Of a stretch of 64,000 nt of DNA, positions 28,831 to 37,471 are shown piece by piece. How positions within the stretch are numbered: position 1 is the first letter of the stretch; the number at the start of each line of letters is the position of its first letter. Below the pieces are notes generated by a model that ran no database searches, was not told the origin of the DNA, and saw only the letters and a program-made list of their open reading frames with translations. The stretch is from positions 4,996,914 through 5,060,913 of the forward strand of contig NC_134034.1 of assembly GCF_964204645.1 (NCBI RefSeq), given 5' to 3'. The stretch comes from Tubulanus polymorphus (Eukaryota; Animalia; Nemertea). The translations under genes and the position numbers were made by a program.

Positions 28831-29412
28831 AGTAATAGGGGTAATAGGCTTTCATACCAAAGGTCGAACGGTCGAGCCCATTAAAAAACAAAATATTAAA
28901 AAACTATAATATATTTTCATAACCGCGTGCATTTTATATCAAAACTAAGTATTTATTCTAAGATATCAATAATATAAAAAGCATATTGTATTAAATCAAT
29001 TGGTCGCTCCACTTCGCTACCGCTCCGCTCCGCGACCAATTGATTTAATTACAATACACAAATTCAAATAATCAAATATATTCAAATGATAATAATTATT
29101 CTATTATTCAACTGAAATGCACGCGGTTATGAAAATATATTATAGTTTTTTAATATATGTTATTAATGAACTCGATCATTAAACCTTTGATATGAAAGCC
29201 TATTACCCCTATTACTCTTAAAATATTCATATATATATGAATAACATTTAAATCATTGAACTTCTTAAATCAATTTTAATAAAAAATATAGTATTAAAAT
29301 GGAAGCAAATAAGTACTACTGCCCAACATGTAATATCGATATAGATAAATCTCAAAAAGCAAGACACAATAAAACTATAACACATTTAGAGAATAAATTG
29401 AAACTAGAATAT
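28831..29412. repeat. Left terminal inverted repeat (582 bp); first 386 bp form an imperfect palindrome
   Basis: Reverse complement of 46832-47413 with about three substitutions seen by eye. 28831-28855 pairs with 29192-29216. Confidence 0.95.
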
Positions 29413-29550
29413 TTACAGTTATATTCAGAACAGTTAACAAAGGGAAAGAAATTTATTGAATTATGGAATAATGATCCAAATAATGAACAATACGTTGAGG
29501 AATTTGATATCAAGGAATCGAAACAACTTATCAAAAGCAGCGAGGAATGA
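29299..29550 (+). CDS. Chimeric 83-aa ORF: TIR-duplicated pPolB N-terminal zinc finger fused to an HNH C-terminal remnant
   Basis: The first 38 aa match the pPolB start (one C/Y difference). LQLYSEQLTKGKKFIELWN resembles LQLYLDQLDKAKTFVELWN at the end of 29630-30298. Confidence 0.6.
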   Translation: MEANKYYCPTCNIDIDKSQKARHNKTITHLENKLKLEYLQLYSEQLTKGKKFIELWNNDPNNEQYVEEFDIKESKQLIKSSEE

Positions 29551-29629
29551 AAAAGGATGACGTTGGTCGAAGAAATGGAAGAGGATTCTAAAATTATTAA
29601 CCAATTTAGTAAAAAAATACGTATAATAA

Positions 29630-30298
29630 ATGGAACCAGAACAACCACAAATTATCAATATTACAAATAACACTGGCGTTATAAACATATACTACAAGAA
29701 GTGTTCTAAATGTGAATTAGATAAATTAGCTATAACAGAATTTAGTAAGCGTAAGATTAGCAAAGATGGTTTTCAAAATTGTTGTAAAACTTGTGCTAAA
29801 CTATACACCAAACAATATCGAGAAGATAATATAAAACATTATAATTATTATATGACAAAATATATGAGAGAAAGATATCAAACAGATCTTAATTTTAGAT
29901 TGAAACAATGTTTAAGGACTAGAATAACACAATTATTCAACAAAGAAACACATTCAGAAACACTATCTAATCTATTGGGTTGTTCAGATGAATTTCTCAA
30001 ATCATGGATAATATATCAATTCGACGATAAAATGAATATAGATAATTATGGTGAATACTTTCATATTGATCACGTGTTGCCGATTTCTAAATTTGATATG
30101 AGTGATGATTATAATAAGAAGCTAATCTGGAACTGGAGAAATTTAAGGCCTTTAGAAAAGAAAGAAAATATAATTAAATCCAATAAACTAGATTTACAGT
30201 TATATTTAGATCAACTGGATAAAGCAAAGACATTTGTTGAATTATGGAATAGTATTTCACAGAATCAACCGCATTCTGAGGTTTTGATCAGTGGTTAG
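29630..30298 (+). CDS. HNH-family endonuclease with N-terminal CxxC zinc ribbon (large-DNA-virus type)
   Basis: CSKC...CKTC, LLGCS, FHIDHVLP...NWRNLRPL...EN..KSNK motifs; TAAATG start. Confidence 0.8.
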   Translation: MEPEQPQIINITNNTGVINIYYKKCSKCELDKLAITEFSKRKISKDGFQNCCKTCAKLYTKQYREDNIKHYNYYMTKYMRERYQTDLNFRLKQCLRTRITQLFNKETHSETLSNLLGCSDEFLKSWIIYQFDDKMNIDNYGEYFHIDHVLPISKFDMSDDYNKKLIWNWRNLRPLEKKENIIKSNKLDLQLYLDQLDKAKTFVELWNSISQNQPHSEVLISG

Positions 30299-30646
30299 AA
30301 AGCTGGCAATTCTATTTGAGCTTTGTATGTATATAATACATAGCTTTTGCTTACTACTAAAACATATGTTGCCAAATATATCTTGTTTTCAATTCTAAAG
30401 AATTAATTAACTTCATCACAAAGAACATCTGTGCAGAAATAATTAGTTTTGTCGAACGTGCGCCACATCGGCAGTTAGAAATCAACTTTCACATACATAT
30501 TAGGCATCGGATATTCTCTCTCAAAACACAGTTTACAGTTCTAAATCTAAATGTAAGTACCGTTTTTTGTAGTTATTATGAAGTAGGGAAACCTTTAAAC
30601 ATATTTAAGTACAGTAATTCATTTTCACGATATCTTTTAGATTAAA

Positions 30647-31101
30647 ATGGAACACAAAGATCAACCAGAAATTCTAAGCCAACCAACGGATAAGGAACGA
30701 TTGCTACTGGATAGTGAAACTCAGGAATCAATAGAAATGGAGGATGAAACTCTCGTAATTGACGAACAAACTTCACAAAATTACAAGAACATTTGGACTA
30801 TCATCAAGAAATGGTGAAAATTCTGAGTGATGTAATACATAATAAACAATTACCGCGCGAACTACAATTACCAAAATTACCAGCAACGCGACTCAAATTG
30901 CTGTTGGGACTCAAAGAATCGAAAACTAAGAAAATGAGTGGAGATATCAGTGCCGGTTTTCTTTCAAAACTGAGAAGAGTAGGTAGATTAATAAAATATG
31001 AAAAATTCAAAATATTAGGATTAGCATTTAGTGAAGTAGTCAGATATTTACCAGAAATTGAAGAAATGATTGGAAACAATCCAGTAATTAAAGAATTCTA
31101 G
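30647..31101 (+). pseudogene. Frameshifted hypothetical gene
   Basis: TAAAATG start at 30647 (MEHKDQPEIL...). One apparent frameshift near 30780 would join it to ORF 30793-31101. Confidence 0.5.
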
Positions 31102-31201
31102 ACAAAATTATAAATTATAACACTGAAGGTCTTTGTAATATAGATATCAAAAATGTAATCTCGATTGTATATATCTGTTTTAATATTGTATTGATTACTG
31201 T

Positions 31202-31427
31202 TAACTGTGTATTGCGCAATAACCGGTCCGATTGAACCGCATTTCTATTGTTCTCCATTGTTCTACTATTGATCGTTGTTGACTGAAACAGCTGCTCAAT
31301 ATTGATTGGTTACAGTTCTATATTTGAATGTTGTAGTTTACAGAATAAAAATATAACTGTGTATTGCGCAATAACCGGTCCGATTGAACCGCTTTTCTAT
31401 TGTTCTCCATTGTTCTATTATCGATCG
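31202..31427. promoter_or_regulatory. Duplicated 74-bp putative enhancer containing ATTGCGCAAT
   Basis: Direct repeats at 31202-31275 and 31354-31427 in a non-coding gap; each has the perfect palindrome ATTGCGCAAT followed by AACCGGT. Confidence 0.45.
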
Positions 31428-31836
31428 CTAAAATTTGTATAATAAATATATGTGTTTATGAAATTAGATTTCCACCAGTCGTTTCTTTGAATTTATTTTC
31501 AGTTGAGGATTTGATATCGAGGATCCGAAATGACTTATCTGGACAGTTATAATTACTGCTCCTATAGATAGACAATAGTAGTGAGATAATCTAAATCCTA
31601 ATTTAAATAAAATATAATAAAAATTACATACCTTCAACTATCTATTATTTCTATTATATTTTTAATATTTTCTTTTCAAAAGAGAATACTTTATATTTTG
31701 AATAGATTTGAATAGAAATTCTTTAAATTCAAATAGCTAGTATCAGTAGTCAATACTAGAATTCTTTAGCTTTAACTAGCTAGTATCATTTGAAGAATAC
31801 TTATAACATTATTCTTATTAAATTTCTCTAATATAA

Positions 31837-32442
31837 ATGTCTAAGAAATCGAATAAGAATAATGTTAAAGTTGAAAAAACTTTGGAAGATTTAGGTTTAA
31901 CAGATGATAATGATAATGTGGCAACTAAATGTGATAATAAAATTGATAACAATATTGATTACGAGTACTATTTATATTGTAAGCATCATCTAGAACTATT
32001 AATTGCGAGTGGAAAAACTAAAGAGTTTATTGGTAAAACAATAACTTTTCAAGAATTAGATAATATGAACAAAGAAAAAGTAATCAAATATTTTAAGATT
32101 TATGAAGAGTCAAGATTAGCTAGAATAAATGATTCTATTTCAGATGGTATTGTCAAATGTTATTCTAAGTTATGTAACCAGTTAATACCAATTGATGATG
32201 AAAATAAATTATATAATGATTTGAAAAATGACTACTTAGTTATGACTGAATTACAAAAATGGGTTGGATATGCTTCATTCCAATTAGGATCGGTTATGAC
32301 GTTGATTTCTACTGGTGTCATAACATTTTCGAACATTAAACCTATGGAATATAAATCAGGTAAGAACGAAACAGATGTACTACAACAAAACATCGAAACA
32401 GAAAATGAATCAGAACAAAAATTAACTAAAATAAATGAGTGA
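31837..32442 (+). CDS. Hypothetical protein, 201 aa, with a C-terminal hydrophobic segment
   Basis: Intact ORF with TAAATG start, overlapping the next gene. Confidence 0.75.
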   Translation: MSKKSNKNNVKVEKTLEDLGLTDDNDNVATKCDNKIDNNIDYEYYLYCKHHLELLIASGKTKEFIGKTITFQELDNMNKEKVIKYFKIYEESRLARINDSISDGIVKCYSKLCNQLIPIDDENKLYNDLKNDYLVMTELQKWVGYASFQLGSVMTLISTGVITFSNIKPMEYKSGKNETDVLQQNIETENESEQKLTKINE

Positions 32443-32809
32443 TAGCGTTAAGAAAAAGGCTAGATCCGAGAAACAAATTAAATGGGCAAGAGAATTAGGT
32501 AAAAGATCTTCAGAATTAAAAAAAGCTAAGAAAAAGAAATTAACTGATATAAATGAATCACCTGATGATGCCGTACGACACCCGCACGGTGGTATTGATT
32601 CAAATAATAATCCATCTGATTCTTCTAATGTTGGAAGTAATTATAAATTATATATTACAATTGGATTAGTAACAGTTATTATATTATCCGGTGTAATATA
32701 TAAATCAAAATTCAAATCCAATGATAAAGATGATTCTAATGATAATAAACCCATCATACCAGAAAATAAATCAAATGAAAATAAATCTAAAATATTATTA
32801 ATGGATTAA
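32435..32809 (+). CDS. Small basic single-pass membrane protein, 124 aa
   Basis: Lys/Arg-rich N-terminus; hydrophobic stretch LYITIGLVTVIILSGVIY; TAAATG start. Confidence 0.75.
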   Translation: MSDSVKKKARSEKQIKWARELGKRSSELKKAKKKKLTDINESPDDAVRHPHGGIDSNNNPSDSSNVGSNYKLYITIGLVTVIILSGVIYKSKFKSNDKDDSNDNKPIIPENKSNENKSKILLMD

Positions 32810-32812
32810 AAT

Positions 32813-33901
32813 ATGATGAAAAAAGAACAATATTTAAGAGATTTGTATTATAACCCAGAAAGTGAAGTATCATATTCAAGTGTTTCGGAATTATGGGATA
32901 AAATTAAATCTGATAAAGAAAAAATAAAATATAGTGAATTAAAATCATGGTTACAAAATCAACCCACATATCAAATTCATAAAAAGATGGATAAAAAATA
33001 TTTAACAAGAAAAGTAATGGTTTCATATATCGATCAACAATGGCAAGCTGATTTAATTGACATGAAAAACTTAGAAGAATATAACAAAGGATATTTTTGG
33101 ATACTAAATGTTATAGATATATTCAGTAGATACGCATGGAGTATCCCGATTAAAAATAAAACTGGTATAGAAGTTACAAATGCTTTTAAATCTATATTTA
33201 AAGAAGCTATTCCAGATAAGATACAATTTGATGAAGGTAAAGAATTTTATAACAAACATTTTAAAAAACTATTATCTGATAACGATGTAGAATATTTTTC
33301 AACACACTCAGATAAAAAAGCATCTATTATAGAAAGATTTAATAAAACATTGAAAACTAGAATGTGGAAATATTTCACCGCTAATGAAACATATAAATAT
33401 ATCGATGTGTTAGATGATTTAGTGAAAGGTTATAATAATTCTAAACATAATTCTATAAATATGAAACCTATACAAGCTAGAAAAGAAGAAAATTCAGAAA
33501 TAGTTTGGAATAATTTATATGGAGCGTTTGTTACACACGATTTCGGTGAACCTAAATTTAAAATAGGACAACACGTTAGAATTTCTAAATATCGAAAAAC
33601 ATTTTATAAAGGTTATACCCCTAATTTTACAGAAGAAATATTTAAAATTAAAAAGATAATATTAACTAAACCATTTGTTTATAAATTGTTTGATTTAAAA
33701 GATGAAGAAATATTAGGTTATTTTTATGAACAAGAATTATCATTAGTACCAAATCCAGATGAAATAGAATACAAAATAGAAAAAGTATTGAAAACAAAAA
33801 CTCTTAAAGGAAAAAAGTATTCTTTGGTGAAATATAAAGGATATGATGATAAATTTAATGAATGGATTTTATCTAGTAAAATTAAAAGAATAAATGAATA
33901 A
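32813..33901 (+). CDS. int: Retroviral-like (RVE, DDE) integrase with C-terminal chromodomain
   Basis: WQADLIDM, IDIFSRYAW, QFDEGKEF and IERFNKTLK motifs; the C-terminal YKIEKVLK...LVKYKGY...NEWI is chromodomain-like; intact. Confidence 0.95.
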   Translation: MMKKEQYLRDLYYNPESEVSYSSVSELWDKIKSDKEKIKYSELKSWLQNQPTYQIHKKMDKKYLTRKVMVSYIDQQWQADLIDMKNLEEYNKGYFWILNVIDIFSRYAWSIPIKNKTGIEVTNAFKSIFKEAIPDKIQFDEGKEFYNKHFKKLLSDNDVEYFSTHSDKKASIIERFNKTLKTRMWKYFTANETYKYIDVLDDLVKGYNNSKHNSINMKPIQARKEENSEIVWNNLYGAFVTHDFGEPKFKIGQHVRISKYRKTFYKGYTPNFTEEIFKIKKIILTKPFVYKLFDLKDEEILGYFYEQELSLVPNPDEIEYKIEKVLKTKTLKGKKYSLVKYKGYDDKFNEWILSSKIKRINE

Positions 33902-34508
33902 AGATTTATTTATATTTGAACCGCATAATATGTTAGTTACTGGAGTTACAAATTGTGGTAAAACACATTTCATATTAGACTTGTTAGAAACTATTTATAA
34001 AAATCATTTTGATAATATAATATTATTCTGTCCTACTTATGAAATGAATGAAACGTATAATAGAGATATAGTTTTTAAAGATAAAAAGTTTATTATATTA
34101 AATTCTAAAACAGTGAAAGATAATTTAGATAATTGTATAAAAATTGCATTAGATATTTATAAAGGATCTAATACATTATTTATTATTGATGATTGCGCAA
34201 ATTTACATGATTCTAAAATTAGAGAAAGTGAGTTGTGTTATTTAGCTTTCTCTGGTAGACATTTTGGGATAACAACTTGGGTTTTAAATCAGAAATATAA
34301 TTCAATTGTGAAAGATTTTAGAGAGAATATAAGATTTCTAGTTTTATTCTACAACAAAGATAGAAAATCTATGCAACAATCATTGGAAGAAAATCAAATT
34401 ATACCTACTGAATTACATGATGAATATATGAATAAATTAAAAAATAATAAAGGTTCAAAATTATTACTGAGATTACAATTTCCTTATGAATATAAATTTA
34501 TAAAATAA
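33894..34508 (+). CDS. A32/FtsK-HerA family genome-packaging ATPase
   Basis: Walker A GVTNCGKT, Walker B FIIDD, SGRH and LNQ motifs; intact. Confidence 0.92.
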   Translation: MNKDLFIFEPHNMLVTGVTNCGKTHFILDLLETIYKNHFDNIILFCPTYEMNETYNRDIVFKDKKFIILNSKTVKDNLDNCIKIALDIYKGSNTLFIIDDCANLHDSKIRESELCYLAFSGRHFGITTWVLNQKYNSIVKDFRENIRFLVLFYNKDRKSMQQSLEENQIIPTELHDEYMNKLKNNKGSKLLLRLQFPYEYKFIK

Positions 34509-34524
34509 AATCCTAATTCAAAAT

Positions 34525-35095
34525 ATTATAGAATTCACTGTATATTGATGGATGAGTGGATGAATTGGATGAATTGGATGAATTGGAAGAGTGGATGAAT
34601 GGAAGAGTGTAATAATATATAATTTACATATGTTTTTTATTTTTAAAACAGTAAGAGTTCGATTTGAAGATGTCATATAATAATAAATATATTTTTATAA
34701 AATAATAAAATGACAGATAATAAATGTCATATAATAATAAATATATTTTCATAAAATAATAAATAATAAAATAATAAATAATAAAATGATAAATAATAAA
34801 TATATTTTTTATAAAATAATAAATAATAAAATGATAAATAATAAATATCATATAATAATAAATAATAAATATCATATAATAATAAATAATAAATGTCATA
34901 TAATAATAAATATATATTGTGTTAAATTTAATAAAGAATAAAAATATTATATTTATACTCATACTATTCTTCCAATTTATGTGTTAAAAAGTAAAATATA
35001 TATATTATTATACTCATCCACTCTTTCACTCATCCAATTCATCCAACTCTTCCAATTCATCCATTCATCCATCAATATACAGTGAATTCTATAAT
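34525..35095. repeat. Long inverted repeat enclosing an AT-rich minisatellite at the convergence point of the two gene arms
   Basis: ATTATAGAATTCACTGTATATTGATGGATGA.TGGATGAATTGG (from 34525) is the reverse complement of the sequence ending at 35095; AATAAATAATAAA repeats lie between the arms. Confidence 0.85.
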
Positions 35096-35099
35096 CTTT

Positions 35100-36167
35100 T
35101 TAATTTTCATTTTCATATTTTTCTTTAAGCTTATTGTATTCTAAATATATATCCATTTGCATTTTCTTTGATATAATTCCTGAATGATTCCCGAGTTTAT
35201 AATTCCTGAATGTTTTTCTTGAAAATATTTTTGGAATATAATTTTCGATTTCAGTTTTAGATGGATGTTTATTTAAAAATTCTCTAAAATCATCATATTT
35301 AAGTTCAAATAAGTTCATTGCATAACTTACATTTGGTTTAAAGTTATCTAACTTTTTCAATATGGTAACTATATCATTACTCAAGAAATAATCTATAAAT
35401 GTTTTTCTATACCACCGATAATCTAATATATTCTTATTATTAAATTTTGAATTTATAACTCTTGGATTTTCTATTACATTATCTGTACCAATATGTTTAA
35501 TTGAGTATTTATGATTCAATTGTTTATCATATATTACATATTCTTTACATTTTTCACACCAAGATTTAAATACTTTTATTGCATGGGCTGAATCATATCC
35601 ACTTTTTGTTTTTAATTTATAATGTTTTGCCCAATTAGCCTTTGTTATACATTCATTACAGAAAGCACAATAATTCTGATCCTCTTTACATTTATCTTTA
35701 TATATATTGGCATATGTTTTTACTAATTGTAAAATATGTTCATCTTTTTTGATGTGTAATAAATAATCATTATAATTATCAAAATCTTCTTCACAATACA
35801 TACATCTGATGTTATCTTTTGGTTGAACATTTGATTTTTCTATTTTAGGTTCAATATTATGTTCTATTTTAGGTTCAATATTATCATCATTCGATGTAGA
35901 AGGTATAACATTATCTTCTATTTTAGGTTCAATATTATTTTCTATTTTAGTTTCAATATTATCTTTTATTTTAGGTTCAATATTATCTTCTATTTTTATA
36001 TCAATATAATTATTACGTTCAATTAAATATTCTTTGTATTGATTTAATTCATTTAATAAAAATGTTCCAATATATTCATTTATTCTTTTATAAGGTATTA
36101 CATAATACAAATCATCATTGATTTCTTTATCAGCTTTGATTCTTTCATATACTTTACCTCCTTCCAT
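35100..36167 (-). CDS. Multi-zinc-finger (C2H2/U1-like) protein with IEPKIE.N repeats
   Basis: CMYC..H....H, CAFC..H and CEKC..H...H motifs; tandem 8-aa repeats; intact 355 aa. Confidence 0.75.
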   Translation of the reverse strand: MEGGKVYERIKADKEINDDLYYVIPYKRINEYIGTFLLNELNQYKEYLIERNNYIDIKIEDNIEPKIKDNIETKIENNIEPKIEDNVIPSTSNDDNIEPKIEHNIEPKIEKSNVQPKDNIRCMYCEEDFDNYNDYLLHIKKDEHILQLVKTYANIYKDKCKEDQNYCAFCNECITKANWAKHYKLKTKSGYDSAHAIKVFKSWCEKCKEYVIYDKQLNHKYSIKHIGTDNVIENPRVINSKFNNKNILDYRWYRKTFIDYFLSNDIVTILKKLDNFKPNVSYAMNLFELKYDDFREFLNKHPSKTEIENYIPKIFSRKTFRNYKLGNHSGIISKKMQMDIYLEYNKLKEKYENEN

Positions 36168-36199
36168 TTATTATATATATTTTTATTAAAGTTAAAATT

Positions 36200-37447
36200 T
36201 TAATACATAACACTATCTAATTGTGAATTTATAATATTTAATTGCGCGTCAGATATAATATAAATATGCATTTTAAAATTTTTGATTCCCTTTTTCTTTT
36301 TCATGAATAATTGTATTCCATCTTTTGTATTTTGTAGTTTTTTTCCAGAACCATGTAATGAATTATCTTCAGTTGTTCTAAAATCTAACCATAATGCATA
36401 TTTATTACCGGTATAATAATCAATTTGATTAATGTTACAATTTTCAAATGATTTTACTTTTTCATTCATAAAATGTTTTTTAATTTCTACCCATTGATCT
36501 ATCATTCTCATTCCTTGACAAAATATTTTATTTGCTATTCCTTCGATGGTTATTTCTACTTTTGTTATTTCAGGATTATAATAATTGTCAACATTTATTG
36601 CGCCATTAGTATACGTTCCAATAGTAAAAAATATTAATATACCTTTAATAGATCTTCTAGGAAAGTTAATATTCTCATTTATTATTTCATCATTTGCATT
36701 AATAGTTACAGTTTTAAATTTATCAATATAATCATATAATAATGAAAATCCTTGATTGTATTTAGTTTGAATTATACTTGAAATATTTTCATCAGTTACT
36801 GTATCATATTCTAAACATATATTCGATAATTTATAACTCATATCTTTATTAACGCTAGATATTACAATTTCATTTACAGGAGCAAATGTTATCTCAAATA
36901 TAACATCTTCTTGAATTGCGTATTTATATAAAGGTGCATTATTATTTATCAATTCAAAGTCTAATGGAATTTTATATTTGTTTCCATATATACTTTTTAT
37001 TAATTTATCTACATCATTTGTTAATATTGCGCTATTAGCTTCTGATCTTAATTTATTTTGGTTTTCTGATTGGATGCCTTGAAATATCATATTATTTCTA
37101 TTTTCTTTAGTTAACCATAAATCTTTATAATGCATAAATGAATTATAATCATCTAATGAGAAAACTGTTTCTGGACCAATCTTTATAGTTAACTTTTTAA
37201 TCAAATATCTTCCAACATTATCAACGACATAATTATTATTATTACCGATTACTTTTATATCGGCTGATAAATAAATACTGTTTGGAACATAAAAAGTATT
37301 TTGTGTTAATCTCGGAATTCTAACGTATAAAGTTTCATCGGGATTAATATTTGAAGGGTTATGAGTAATTATATGATGTGATCTTTCTGCTTTAATAGCA
37401 TTAGATATTCTATGATTCTTAGAAGGATTGATATAACTCCCACTCAT
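36200..37447 (-). CDS. Putative double-jelly-roll major capsid protein
   Basis: Intact 415-aa beta-rich soluble protein of MCP size, in a Polinton with ATPase and penton-like genes. Assignment is by size, context and strand pattern, not by a profile search. Confidence 0.7.
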   Translation of the reverse strand: MSGSYINPSKNHRISNAIKAERSHHIITHNPSNINPDETLYVRIPRLTQNTFYVPNSIYLSADIKVIGNNNNYVVDNVGRYLIKKLTIKIGPETVFSLDDYNSFMHYKDLWLTKENRNNMIFQGIQSENQNKLRSEANSAILTNDVDKLIKSIYGNKYKIPLDFELINNNAPLYKYAIQEDVIFEITFAPVNEIVISSVNKDMSYKLSNICLEYDTVTDENISSIIQTKYNQGFSLLYDYIDKFKTVTINANDEIINENINFPRRSIKGILIFFTIGTYTNGAINVDNYYNPEITKVEITIEGIANKIFCQGMRMIDQWVEIKKHFMNEKVKSFENCNINQIDYYTGNKYALWLDFRTTEDNSLHGSGKKLQNTKDGIQLFMKKKKGIKNFKMHIYIISDAQLNIINSQLDSVMY

Positions 37448-37471
37448 TTATTTAACAAAAAAATTAATTAT

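Noticed and set aside
28831-29216. Covalently closed pox-type telomeres with flip/flop isomers as a firm call
   Set aside because: All three visible ends are the same isomer and the element has a protein-primed polymerase with AGT termini; kept only as a hypothesis.
34624-34962. 112-aa Ile/Tyr-rich ORF
   Set aside because: Low-complexity translation of the AT-rich minisatellite inside the inverted repeat.
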